NCBI GenBank assembly: GCA_013239625.1
Contig: MU053520.1
Span: 586,934-650,933 of the forward strand
Length of the DNA stretch: 64,000 nt
Origin: Lama guanicoe
Lineage: Eukaryota
Direction of reading: 5' to 3'
Shown: in pieces, positions 39,380 to 52,727 of the stretch
Position numbering within the stretch: position 1 is the stretch's first letter
How the letters are laid out: each line of letters starts with the position of its first letter
Program-made: the position numbers and the translations under genes
The notes under the pieces: generated by a model
What the model was told of the DNA's origin: nothing
Database searches by the model: none
Seen by the model: only the letters and a program-made list of their open reading frames with translations

Positions 39380-42300
39380 CAAGACCCACATGCCATGCAG
39401 AGGCAGCACACTGAAAACTGCCTGGGTCTCTGAGTAACTTGCCAAGGCCTTCCTGTTGTGGACCCTGCCCAGGCACTCATTTTAGTCCCCCTTGTTCCAA
39501 TTATGTCCTCTATTGGAGTGAAGGTTCTTTTACTTAGGAGAAGGTGTATGCTTAGGGGCAGATGGAGCCAGATTGAACCCAACATCACCTCTGAACAGGG
39601 CAAAGGAAGTCTGTGTTGGCACCCATGTGGAAGTGGTGGATTGGGAGCTGTCTGGGGCTCTGATTTGCTTTCCGAGGCCATCCCAACACACATTTTGGTT
39701 TACACTGGGCACCTAGTTCACCCCTTCTTGCTCTGGTTCTACTATTCAAGAGGACAGATATGCTGTTGTCAGGGGGAGTGCACACAATTCTAGGGAATGG
39801 AGCAAGCTCAGACCTGACCCTGGAGGCTTCTGCACCAACACCTTGGGGCCAGATTCCCACCTCCAGGAGGATGATGATCACCAGTGAGCACAGGAGAAGT
39901 CTCAGTTCACACCCGGCACTGGCTCTAGCCCCTCCATCTCCAGCCTTACCACCCACCAAAGTGACAGCTGCTAACACACCCCAGAGAAAAAGGTCACCTG
40001 TACTCACTTCATTATTTTTTTAATTGAAGTATAGTCAATTACAAAGTGTCAATTTCTGGTGTACAGCATAATGTCTTAGTCATATATATACACATATATT
40101 CACTTTCATATTATTTTTCATTAAAGGTTATTACAAGATATTGAATATAGTTCCCTGTGTTATACAGAGGAAATTAATTTTTTTAAAACTATTTTTATAC
40201 ATAGTAGTTAATATTTTGTGCTCACTTCAGATCCAGTTCCCAAAAAGCACTTGGGCACATACAGATTGCATAGGGACAAGCCTGCACACATATGCCCTTT
40301 CAAGTCTGGGATAGATAACTATTTTATAGAGACAGAAAGTTAAACAAAATGAGAAGACAGAGGAACACGTTTCAAATGAAAGAACAAGAAAAAAAAACTG
40401 AAAAACTCCCTAATGAAACAGTGTAAATAATTTACCAGATAAAGAGTTCAAAGCATTAGTAGTAAGAAAGCTAAGTGACCTTAGGGAAAGGATAGATGAA
40501 TACAGTGTGAATTTTAACAAGAAACTAGAGAATGTTAAAAAAAAGAAGCAGTCAGCACTAAAAATGCAGTAACCAAAATAAAAAAAAATTCAGTAGAAGG
40601 AATTAACAGCAGACTTGGTGTTACAGAAGAACATATAATTGGTGTAGATGATAGAATAATGGAAATCACAAAGTCAGAACAGCAAAAAAATAAAACAATT
40701 AATGAGAATAGTTTGAGACCTCTGAGACCACATAAAGCATACTAACCTTTGCATTATAGGGGCCATGGGAGAAGAAATAAAGAAAGGGTTAGAAAACACA
40801 GTTGATGAAATTATTTTTGAAAACTTCCTAAGCTGAAGAAGGAAACACATTTCCAGGTACAGAAAGCTCAATGAGTCCCAAACAAATAAAATTAGAGTTT
40901 CACACCAAGACCTATCATAATTAAAATGGCAAAAGTTAAAGATAAAGAGAGAATTTCAAAGGCAGCAAGAGAAAAATAGTCACATACAAGGAAACTCCCA
41001 TAAGGCTATAACTGACTTTTTTTTTTGCAGAAATTTGCAAGCCAAGTGAGTGGCATAATACAGTAGAAGTGCTTAAAGAAAAACTCATAAACTACTAAAT
41101 GCTACCTACCAAGGATATCATTCACAACTGAAGGAAAGATAAATAACTTTTCAGACAAGCAAAAACTAAAAGAGTTCATCAATTCTAAACCAACTTTACA
41201 AGAAGTGTTAAAGGGTATTCTTTAAGGGAAAAGAAATAGCTACAAACTAGTAATTTATAGCAAAGGAAGAGTGCCATTAGTAAAGGGTAATATATTGTAA
41301 ACGCTAAGAATCACCCCTTAAACCAATCACGTTTTAAGAACAACCACTTTTTTTCATATAAAGACTAAAATACAGAGTTTAAAAAGATCAACTATAACTA
41401 CAATAGATAAGGGATAGACATGAAGATGTGAAATATGACATCGAAAACAAAAAACGTAGGACAGGGGTGTAAAACATGTAGATCTTTTAGAATATCTTTG
41501 AACTTAAATGACTATAAGTTTAAAATAAGTGGATATAGTTACGGGTTGACATATGTGAACCCCATGGTAACCACAGATCAAAAACCTACAATAGATACAC
41601 ATAAACCAGAAAGAAAGGAAGACAAACATATGCCTAAAGAACCCACAAAGGAAGAAACTAAAAGAAGATGAAAAGAAAAGAGAAAAACTACAAAAATGAC
41701 CAGAAAACAAATAACAGAATGGCAGTAAGTACATATCTATCAATAGTCACTTTAAATCTCAGTCAACTAAATGCTCCAATCAAAAGACATAGAGTGTCTG
41801 ATTGGATAGAAAAATATGACCCATCTGTATGCTATCTATAAAAGTCTCACTTCAAAGCCAAAGACACACACACACTGAAAGTGAGGGGTTGGAAAAGAGT
41901 TGATGCAAATGGAAATTAAAGGAAAACAAGGGTAGCAGTGCTTATATCAGACAAAGCAGACTTTAAGACAAAGTCTAGAACAAAATATGAAGAGAAGTAT
42001 TATAAAATGATAATGAGATCATTGCAGAAGAGATATAACATATGCTAACATACATACACCTATTACAAGAGCACCTAAATATATAAATCAAATATTAACA
42101 GACAAAAAGAGGGAAATTGACAACAATACAGTAATAGTACAGGACTTTAACAACCCACTTCCATCAATGGTTAAATCACCCAGACAGAAAAATTGTAAGG
42201 AAATAGTGGCCTTAAATGACACGTTAAACCAGTTGAATTTATCTATAGGATATTCCATCCCTGAACAGCAGAATACTCATTCTTTACAAGTGCACGCTAT

Positions 42301-44775
42301 GAATCACATGCTAAGCTGCAAAACAAGTCTGGACAAATATAAAAGGATATAAATTGTATCAAAAATCTTTTATGACTACAATGATATGAAACTATAAATT
42401 AATTGCAGAAAGAAAAATGGGAAAACACAAACATATGGAGACTAAACACTGTGTTGCTAAAAAAAAAATAAAGAAATCAAATAGGAGATCAGAAAATACC
42501 CCAAGACAAATGGAAACAAAAACACAACTGTCTCAAAATTTGTGGGATGCAGTAAAAGTAGTTGAGAGGAAAGTTTATAGTGATACAGGCCTACATCAAA
42601 AAACAAGAAAAATATCAAATAGACAGCTAACCTATCATTTAACAGAATTAGAAAAATAAGAAAAAGCAAAGCCCAAAGTCAACAGAAAGAAGAAAACAAG
42701 AGCAGAAATAAATAGAATAGAAACAAAAAATTAGAAAATATCAATGAAATCAAGAGCTAGTTTTTTGAGAAGATAGAAACATTTGATAAGCCTTTACCAA
42801 AGATCATTTAGAAAACAAGAGCAAGAATCAAACAAAATAAGAAATGAATAATAAATGAATTCAGTAAATTTGCAGGACACAAAGTTATCATACCGGTCTG
42901 CTGCATTTCTGTACACTAATAATAAACTATCAGAAAGAGAAAGCATGAAAACAATACTGTTTAAAATTACATGAAAAGTAATAAAATACTGAGGAATAAA
43001 CTTGACCAAGGGGGTGAAAAACCTATTCTGTGAAAACTACAAAACACTGATGAAGATAATTAAAGATGGTAAAGATAAATGGAAAGATATCTACACTCAT
43101 GAATAGGAAGAATTAATATTAAAAAAAAATCACACTACCAAAAGCAATCTACAGATTTAATGCAATCTCTATCAAAATATCCATGATTTTTTTCACAGAA
43201 CAAGAACAAATAATCCTAAAATTTATACAGCATCACACAAGACTCCAAACAGCAAAATAATCTCAGGAAGAGATTATTAAATCAGAGGTATCACACTCCA
43301 TGACTTCAAACTATGCTACAAAGATACAGCAATCAAAACACCATGGTACTGGCACAAAAACAGACACATAGATCAACAGAACAGAATAGAAAGCCCAGAA
43401 ATAAGCCACATGTGGTCAATTAATCTATGATAAAGCAAGAAAAAATATTCAATGGGGAAAAGACAGACTCTTCAAAAAGTAGTGCTGGGAAAGCTGGATG
43501 TTAAAGAATGAGACTAGAACATTTTCTCATACCATATGCAAAAGTAAACTCAAAATGGATTAAACACCTAAACATAAGTCTGGACACCATAAAACTAGAA
43601 GAAAACATATATATAACACTCTTTGACAGGAATGTAGCAGTATTTTGGAGGGAATCTGTCTCCTTAGGCATGGGAAACAGAATCAAAAATAAAGAAATAG
43701 AATCTAATCAATCTAAAAATCTAATCAAACTAAAAAGCTTTTGTACAGCAAAGAGAACCACTGACAAAATGAAAAGGCAACCTACTGAATCGGAGCAAAT
43801 ATGTATCATAGGGGCTAATAACCAAAACACATAAGCAGCTCATACAATTCAATATAAAACATACAATCTAGTTTAAAATAGTGAGAAGATGCAGATAGAC
43901 ATTTTCCAGAGAAGACATACAATGGACAGCAGGCACATGAAAAGATGTTCAACACTGCTAATCACCAAAGTAATGAAAATCCAAAATTAAACCAAAATGA
44001 CATACCACCTCATACTTTTCAGGATGGCTATCATCTAAAAGACCATCAATAACAAATATTGGTAAGAATGTGGAGTAAAGGAAACTATTACAGTATTTAT
44101 GGGAATGTAACTTGGTGTAGCTACTATATAAAAAAGTATAGAGTTTCCTCAAAAAACTTAAAATGAACTACCATATGATCCAGAAACTCCTCTTTTGTGT
44201 ACATTCAAAGAAAACAAAAACACTAATTTAAAAAGATATATGTACCCCAATGTTCATAACATCATTATTTATAATAGCCAAAATATGGAAGCAACCTAAG
44301 TGTCCATTAACTGATGAATGGATAAAGAAGAATACTACTCAGCCATAAAAAAGAATGAAAATTTGCCATTTGTAACAACTTGAATGGACCTGGAGGGTAT
44401 TATACTTAGTGGAAAAAGTCAGACAGAGAAAGACAAATATTGTATGTTATCACTTATATATGGAATCTTAAAAAAAAAAAGTTAAAACAAATGAGTAACT
44501 ACAACAAAACAGAAACAGACTCATAGTTATAGAGAACTAACTATTGGTTGCCAGTGGGGAGAGGAATGAGAATAAAAATAAGATGGGGTAGTGGATTAAA
44601 CAATACAAACTACTTTGTATAAAAAATAAAATATGAAGGTATGTTGTACAACACAGGGAATACAGCCAACATTTTATAACTTTAAACGAAATAAAATTTA
44701 TAAAAATATTGAATTTCTGTGTTGTACACCTGAAATTAATATAGTACTGTAAATCAACTATAATTTAAAAAAAAG
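39380..44775 (+). mobile_element. Near full-length older LINE-1 (partial 5' UTR, ORF1, spacer, ORF2 with the RT core deleted, 3' UTR)
   Basis: GC-rich UTR from 39380 to ~40330, ORF1 ATG at ~40349 and ORF2 ATGGCAGTAAGT at ~41719. It has many stops and frameshifts, a junction at ~42848, and an A-tail at ~44766. Confidence 0.92.
40012..40216 (-). mobile_element. Short younger LINE-1 3' end nested in the 5' UTR of the older L1
   Basis: 13-bp TSD tgtactcacttca (39999-40011) / tgtgctcacttca (40217-40229). Confidence 0.92.
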
Positions 44776-45179
44776 TTTTAATATAATTATAAAGAAAAAG
44801 AAAAGAATGTATAATAAAAAATAAACATTTCAATTACATTAAATAAGACAGTTCTTTCTAATTCAGAGAAATGAGGTATCTACAATTGTAGATCAATCTA
44901 ATTATTTTGTAATTAACTCAAGTTTACACCGATAAGGAATATATTACATTAAAATTGAAGAAAACAAAAAAACAGTGGAAGTTATTTTGTCTGCATTAAG
45001 CCTCTTTCATTTGTTCTGGATTACATACTGTGGATTTCATACTTATGAGACAAAATAATTGTTGTATATCTTAATTTCTGTCTTATTTTCTCTATTGAAG
45101 TAAAATCTTCACTGCCACACAAACCCTAACAGATAAGACAAGGAAGATTTAGTGGCTTGAAACTGTGCCTCTTTGCTAG

Positions 45180-45610
45180 AGGTGCTTTCAAATGATTAAG
45201 GAGTGGCTAAAAATGGAAGTTATCAGTTCCCTGAACTCACACCTCGTATAGGATCTGCACTGGAGTTGAAGTCCATTAATACCATTAAGTAGGACCTGGA
45301 GGTTCTTCAAGAACTCAAAGACTGGAGCATAAGCAAGTATCTCAAGATGAGAGAAATAGAAAACAAGGTAACCTAAAAATGGAAGAAAATGGTAGTTTAT
45401 GAATTTCTGCATGTGATGGAGAACTACAAGTAGACTGCTTACAACATTACAAATCGATGAAGCAATGGCTGCAAGCTGCCTGAGAAGTCTGGACACCAAT
45501 GCCATGGACTTGAGGATGTCACGGCACTTGTAACCAAGCATAAAATCTAAATCTAATTTGAAGAATTGCTCCTGTGGTGGGCATCTCTGAGCTCACTTGG
45601 AAATGTGATT
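45180..45610 (+). mobile_element. Possible highly decayed CR1/L3 LINE RT fragment
   Basis: Plus-strand translation GSALELKSINTIK*DLE resembles the CR1 motif GSVLGPVLFNIFINDLE, and weaker collinear similarities follow downstream. Judged by eye only. Confidence 0.3.
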
Positions 45611-46350
45611 TATAATAAAGTGAAAATCATCTCTTGATATTAGCAATTATAACACACCATGGGTAAGGAACAGACATTTTTTTCTTCTCGGTTTCTGAAA
45701 TCAGGTAACTGTATATTTCTTATGTGAACTTAGAAAAAGGGGACATTTCTACAGAGATTGACACTCCTGTTTACACTGAAGAGAAGGGACTCTGAAAAAA
45801 AGTTGATTTTAGAAAAGTTAAGGTAGGTCACATTTTCTTTTCCTGGAGGTTGGAGAAGATTCACATTCTGTACGCTTATTTTGAATTTGGCACAGCACAT
45901 GAAGTCTAGAAGAGGATTAGATGAATCACACACAAAAAATCAATTTTTCAGAGAAATTATGAGAAACCACTTATGTATTCAAAGCTCCCAGTGGAGTCCC
46001 AATCTCTCCACTGTGAAAAATGATTGTCAATTATTAAGGTAACAGTTGGAACCACAATAAGTACACACAGAGTTTGCTTTTTTTCAGTTCACTTAAAAAT
46101 GTTTTACATCCATCTACAAGAAGTGGACACTAATATCTTGGAATATTTTGCTATATTATAGTTGTCAATCTTTTTACTGTTTTGGTTTCCAAATCATCAG
46201 TATATCTCCTCTCCTGTATTCTTACCTATTTTATTTCTGAAATCCAAATAATACCTGGAAATTTCTGGAAAACTATTTTCTTTCTGAATTGCTCTTTTTA
46301 TATTGGCAAACCTTCTTATACTCCTCATCCACAGTCTAACAACATGTACT

Positions 46351-46435
46351 TAGGGCGTCCCATCCTGGCTTAGCAGGAACACTCTAGTAGCCTGTGCTCA
46401 GGCTACTCTTTAGAATGGCATCTTCTCAACTGGGA
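46351..46435. mobile_element. Possible MER81-like hAT MITE remnant
   Basis: Starts 'tagggcgtcccatcctggcttagcaggaacac', resembling my recollection of the hAT-Blackjack TIR region. Confidence 0.3.
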
Positions 46436-48264
46436 ATTGATATAAAAAGATAAAAAATAATTTATTGTTTTCATTATAATTTTATGATTTTTAGGTTTAT
46501 TTACAAAAATGTTTGGTATGTAGTTGAGTAATAAAATGACAGTGTGTCTTTGATAAGGAAGAGATAAATGGGGAATTGGAGTGGCAGTTATAACAATGTT
46601 TCATAATCTTCATAAATTTCTGTGAAACTGAAGGAAATCATATATGCTATGGAATTTAACAATAAAGTAATATTTAAACCTATTTGATATACTGCCTAAG
46701 CTTCTTAGAGGTAATGTATTAGTTTAGCACAACTTACAGGATTCTATTACATGTTTTTCACACTCGATGCTTTAAAAAAATCACTAGTAACAAATATCAC
46801 TATTAAAGGAAAAGAAAATACTAGAGAAAAGAAAAAAATTCTAGTAGTTTTACTTGTTGAAAATAAAGATGATTAATATTCTGAACACATAAGTCTTTAC
46901 TAAAATTTTTAAAATGTATTCTTTTGAAGTTTCAAGCTTTAGAACATTTTGAAAAATGGGTGTGTAGTTTTATCCACATCTTTGGCTTTGCTTACCTATA
47001 AAATTCCCCACATTAATTTGTTTAAAATTGTGTGGAGCTATTGGATTATTATTGCATTTTCTTTCTGGGATGCACTTGAAATGCCAAAATAATTTTACAG
47101 TACAGGATAACCATATTATTTGAAATAATGAAGGAAAGCCAGTTTTGAATTTGTCATTTAGTGTTTTCATTGTTTTATTGCACTAAAAGAGAAACAATAG
47201 CTGATTTTCTAACTGTGGGATCATCAGTTAGAATTTCTTAAATTAGGTTTAATAAGTGGATAAGAATGCTTTATACTGGGCATTATTAATACAGAAATGA
47301 CAGCTCATAATTTTTTTCTTAATAGGGTAAATTTTTAAAGTTTTCTCTAACAACTTTATAGGTCTCATTATTTTGGGTTTTTTTTTGCCCTAAAATACAA
47401 TTGTTAAAGATAAAATTCAATGCATTTTGTCTTAAAAATCACTATTTTCAAATTAATGGGGGAAAATTAATTCCATCCAATTAAAAATAGAATATGTTTA
47501 CCATAGCTACCCATTGGGTTAAAAAATAAGGAACTTAATAATAAGGAATTTTAAATAGTTTAAAAGCTTAAGGGGAGACTGAATGATCAACAATATGATC
47601 AGCAATATACCGAAATGCTGTGTAAGCTATGAAAATGCTGCGTTATAGAGGTGTAAATGTAGACCCATTTAAAAAAACAGAAGTCTGGTAATACGAAGTG
47701 GAATACTGCAAGAAAAAATAACATTATGAGAGTTTGAAAACATGAGCAGTGTTGAGCAGGAAGTTATGTGCACCAAGGATAATTCTAGAAGGAAAAAAAA
47801 AGCACTAAAAGGAAAATGGATAACTTTCAATATATGCAAATGAATCAGAATGATGAGTTTCTTACAGTCCTTCAGGTGGGGAGGTATTTCACTTAAGTAG
47901 CAGGGAGAATTTACAAAAAGACAAAAGTGGGATATCTTATAGATCTTATACACACATGTAAGAGATTGAACATTATTATATTATTAAATTATTCTGGGGT
48001 GAGTCACCAAATATTTTTGGAAATAGGATGCTTCAGAAATACAGCTGTGGTGGCAATGTAGAAGGATTGGGAAATATAAACACTTACCAGTTAAGATCAT
48101 GTCTACACTGAGGTGCTAAAGACTTGTGTAGATTAAGGAGAGTAATGTCTGCTAAAATAGACACATTCTCAAAGTTCAATGGCTTGACAGAATGTGTACT
48201 TCTTGCTTACTCCCAATTCCATGTTCATAGGTCAAGAAGTAGCCTTCCATATCATAATTTGGGG

Positions 48265-48875
48265 ACATTTTGTATCTATATTCATCAAGAATATTTGCCT
48301 ATAATTTTCTTTCTTGTTCTGTTCTTGTCTGGTTTTGGTAGCAGAGTAATGCTGGACTCAACAAAATGAGTTTGGAAGTGTTCCGTTCTCTTCTATTTTT
48401 TGGAAGATTTTGAGAAGAACTGATATTAATTCTTCTTTGAATGTTTGGTAAAATGAACCAGTCAAACCATCTGGTCCCTGGACTTCCTTTGTCATGAGAT
48501 TTTTAGATTTTGGTTACCGATTCAATCTTCTTATTATCAGTCTATACAGATTTTTTGTTTCTTAATTATTCATTCTTGGCGTGTTGTGTGTTTCTAGGAT
48601 GGCCACCATTTGTTCTCTTTTCACACTAGCCCTCTGGCTGTGGTGCTGTGCTGGCCCAGGGGAGGAGCAGTGTGCTTAAAATGAAAGTACTGCCCCCACT
48701 CTGATGCTGTGGTCCTTCTTGGTCTCTGTGGTCCAAGGGGTGCTTCAGCTTCAGTTCTGGGTTCTGGGATTTTTACAGTGTTGTCTTGTCTACGGAATGT
48801 TGTTATTTCATCTTCTTATGTGATGGACTAAAGTTGAGATTGACCTAAGTTACCATCTTGATGATGTTACCCCCT
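48265..48875 (-). mobile_element. Older LINE-1 remnant: ~275 nt of 5' UTR joined directly to ~335 nt of mid-ORF2
   Basis: Antisense ORF2 'gtctggttttggtagcagagtaatgctggactc...gagtttggaagtgttcc' runs to ~48599. The minus-strand L1 start GGGGGTAACATCATCAAGATGG lies at ~48874. Confidence 0.8.
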
Positions 48876-49201
48876 ACTACTTATTTAAAAATCATTACAC
48901 TACAACAAAATCACCCGAGTTTCTCTGTAACTTAAGATTTTGATTTCATTAATTTATTTGAGCATCTGCTAATAAGGGCAAAAAGGTCTCCTCACAAATT
49001 GAGAAGTCAGAAAATCTGTCCCACCAGAAGATCTTTTCCCATCTATACTGGGAATAATAAGAAAATAGTTAATTTTAGAATCTAGATATAGGCTTATTTT
49101 TTTATAGGGAGAAAAGATTTGCTGGAAGAAAAGCTTAGTAACATTCTTATTTTACAGAAAAGAAAGAAGTACAATTGTTAAGAAAAGATAAACCAGGGTT
49201 T

Positions 49202-49205
<4 letters not shown>

Positions 49206-49238
<33 letters not shown>
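49206..49238 (+). repeat. (AC)n microsatellite, ~16 units, perfect
   Basis: Read directly from the sequence. Confidence 0.97.
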
Positions 49239-49240
<2 letters not shown>

Positions 49241-49424
49241 GATGCCAAATGAAGATGAGAAGTCAAGTAAATTTAGGAATGAAGATAAAACATAGGATTT
49301 GATAATTAATAAATAATTGATGGCCATTGAGACAAAATATCTTTCAGAACAGTGTTCTTACACATCAGGTAGGGTTTTGAGGGGATGGGAGGAAGAAATT
49401 AAAGGTGGTGATGCCAGTTTTCAA

Positions 49425-49965
49425 TGACGTTGGTTTTCATTCAGATTGTATATTGCTTCTTCTGCTGCCACTGTGTATATGAGTTGGCCCTGATGTCTCC
49501 AAACGTAATTTATTACCATTGTGGATCACTGTAGCCTTCTCCTGTCTCTAATCTGTACCTTCTCACTCCAACAGTGATAAACACAGCTCCTACCATCTAT
49601 CATCCATTTGTTTAATCATTCATGTTCAACATAGATGTATAGTAGTATTGAACCAGTCAACATGTACTCCTTTGGGAGCTAACTTCATCAAGACCAGCAT
49701 AGCCATTCCTTTGCCTTTAGTCTTTCAGACTCCACTCATTTCCAAAGTCACTTAGGTCAGTGCCTTTTCTCTCTACCTCTTTGGTGAGGTGATTCATACA
49801 TTTGTAATATAGTTAGATTGTTTTGTCATGGTGTACATTTCATCCTGGAATTACACTAAACTCCTGTGTGTGCATGTATATGTGTGTGTGTATGGGTGTG
49901 TTTTAACTTCATATATTAAGTTTCACTCATGGCAGTGGAAAGTTCTATGAATTTTTAAAATTCCA
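49425..49965 (-). mobile_element. Old LINE-1 3' region (L1MC/L1MD-like)
   Basis: 'cagactccactcatttccaaagtcacttaggtcag' and 'gtggaaagttctatgaatttt'. Confidence 0.7.
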
Positions 49966-50056
49966 TTATTGATGAACTTTATTGTATTAATAAAATAACT
50001 TATACCACGTGCTAAGGAGTGAGAATTAACTCTAATAGAGATCGGGTTGGAGATTT

Positions 50057-50217
50057 TGTTTTGTTTTGTTTTGTTTTGTTTGTTTTTGATTTCCAATTAA
50101 CTTTTTATTTCAAGATAATTATAGATTCACATGCAGTTGTAAGATATAACACATAGAGATCCCAATTACCTTATTCCCACAAAGTTACCATCTTGCAGAA
50201 CGATAGTACAATATCAG
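50057..50217 (-). mobile_element. Short old LINE-1 3' end (L1MB-like) with a (GTTTT)n tail
   Basis: 'gataattatagattcacatgcagttgtaaga' and a perfect 13-bp TSD gggttggagattt (50044-50056 / 50218-50230). Confidence 0.88.
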
Positions 50218-52362
50218 GGGTTGGAGATTTGAAGTCAGTTTTCACAGTTTGAAGTAGCCACTATGTGGATAAGGAAAAGATTCATAAAGGAAGCTCAAAA
50301 ACTTGCAGAGTTGCTGAGGGCTCATGAAAAACAGCAGTCATAATGCATAAAGGATATAATTACAGAGAATGTAAGGTTTTTCTCCAGCAGCACTTCCCAG
50401 CTGAGGAAAAAGAGAAGCAGTTGGATTGGTCAACAGTTGGGCACTGCCAAGGAGGGGTCAGCAGTAGAAGGTAAAGGGAAATAAATAAATGTAAAGTAAT
50501 AGGGATGAAGTCACTGAAATGACTAACCATAAGATCAGTCCAGGATGGCCTGGAAGGGAAACAAAGCCAGAAAGGTTTTATGTTCTAATAGAATAAAAAG
50601 AGTTCAAGTGATGGAGGTCAAAGATGAGAGTAAGAGCATGTATGGCTGAGTGAAAGAGTTGAAAATATGACAAACTGGCTAGGTAAAGGGTAGTTTCAGA
50701 AGTCAGGAACATGATCCATTAAGATATACATTCAACCCACTAAATGTACTAAGAAGGAAAAAGCATATGTTACATAATGGTGAGAAAAACAGAACATCCT
50801 ACCCTTGATAACAGTTGTGTTTGGGAAACATAAACTTGATTTATCATTCATTTTATTTTCATTGTCACAAAATGTTAAGCTAAAAAGCTATAAATCAACA
50901 TCCTGAGTAGATTTGTTAGCGACCATGCAATTAACTAAACCTAAGCCAAATATACTTTATAAAAATGAGCAGGGATTGAAATTCATACTTAAACCTGGAT
51001 ATTAATTGATGCATAGCTTATGGTCACATATAAATCCTCTGGGCTTTAAATTTAGACAGAGCCTTAAGTATGCCAGTCATATATATGTGGATGTTTCAAA
51101 TCTCAAGTCTTACAAATTGTTACCCTCTGATTCCTTGAATTCTGCTGAGGAGTGTAAAGAATGTTGCAAGTACACATACTAAATTTGAGGGAAAAAATCA
51201 ACTAAATGTTTTCTAACCTTAAAATAATCTTAATATTACTTATTAGAGGGAAAAAATATAGTAATAAGTAAATTGTTCCTAGAATCTCAAACTGAAGCAG
51301 AAAGGAAGCCACTGAAAACAAACTTCTTCCAAAAACTTTTATCTATCAAATGCCCTACTAAACTCATTAAAAAATGTGTAGTGTCTCCATTTGTGATTAC
51401 AGTTGCAGTTATGCTTTATTATGTATGAAATTCTATTTATTTATTCATGTTAATTTAAGCCCCTTGAATCAATTACTTTTAAAAAATGACTTATTTGAAT
51501 TTTAATAATACACACCAGACACAATTTTATTTTTGGAAAGTGTGAATAATGATCAACTGTAATAATTAAAAATGAAACCTTCTCATTTTTTTTACTTGGA
51601 TATACGTAAAAGCAAGGCACCTTGAACATCAGTGCATGGTGGTATGCATTATGTTTTAAACAGCATTTTTAAATAGGGCTTACTCACTTTAAAGTTTTTG
51701 TGCATTGCAATTCTTACCTTTGAAATTACCAAGGAAATCTGAAATTGTGACAATGCTATAATGGTGCAACCTAAAGCTATTGGCAGAATTCTCCTCATAC
51801 ACTTCTATAGAATCAAAGCTTTCCCACATGGATCATAAACCATCCTCAGTCTAAATATGGACTTTAATTGATTGTCTTATACTTTCAGATTCCAGATTAG
51901 TTTGCAAATATGGTAATCATGTTGGCTGACAAGATTACAATTTATAAAGTGTTTACCAACTGAAACCCATTAGTGGTTTTTTAATGCAAGCATGTTGTGA
52001 TGTTAATGATATAAGAGATTAAATCATCAATGTTGCCAGGAGGGAGAGGTTCTATTTATACTATTCTCATAGATTAAACAAGAATGGAAGATTCTCTGTC
52101 ACAGTGTATGTCACTGAACTTCAGATACTTGATTCAAGACCAACATTTTCAGAGGGAGAAATAATATTAACATAGAGCATGAAATGACTACAACCAATAG
52201 CACAAGGAGACAAAGAGTTGTATGATAATGTCATATGTGGGGTTAGGTTGTTTCCTGGTGTTTTATTTAAACTGTTTAAGTTGTATTATTAGCTAAGAAT
52301 TCCACAGAACTTTCCCTTAATTTGAAAATGAAGTATTGCCATATAAGAAATATGTGGCTTAA

Positions 52363-52727
52363 GGAGGGATGAATAGATGGAGCACAAGGGAATTTTCAGG
52401 TGATGAAATTATTCTGTATGATACTATAATGGTGGCTACATGTCATTATGCATTTGTCAAAGCCCATAGAATATACAACATCAAGAGTGAACCCTAATGA
52501 AAACTATGGACTTTGGTTGATAATGATGTGCCCATGTTGGTTCATTGATTGTACCAAATATGCCACACTGACGAGGGATGTTGAGGGTAGGGGAGTATGT
52601 ATGTGTGGGTGGGGAGGGCTATGTGGGAACTCTGTATTTTCTGCTCAATTCTTCTGTAAACCTGAAACTACTCTAAAAAATTGTCTGTTAAAAATAAATA
52701 AATAAATAAACTGAAAGGAAATCTAAA
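52363..52727 (+). mobile_element. Old LINE-1 3' end (L1MC1-like)
   Basis: 'caagagtgaaccctaatgaaaactatggactttgg', a (TAAA)n tail, and an 18-bp TSD with one mismatch (52345-52362 / 52728-52745). Confidence 0.9.

Noticed and set aside
39585..40007. 140-aa antisense ORF in an L1 5' UTR as an ORF0-like gene
   Set aside because: GC-rich UTRs are poor in stop codons. The paralogous antisense ORF (55730..56179) gives no convincingly conserved protein and includes an inverted segment.
45188..45541. 117-aa minus-strand ORF as a host gene
   Set aside because: No recognisable domain or exon context. It is more likely a chance or antisense ORF over an old repeat.
46388..46409. Hairpin agtagcctg-tgct-caggctact as a terminator or miRNA
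   Set aside because: A 9-bp stem is too short for a pre-miRNA, intrinsic terminators do not apply to this mammalian context, and it lies in a probable MITE remnant.
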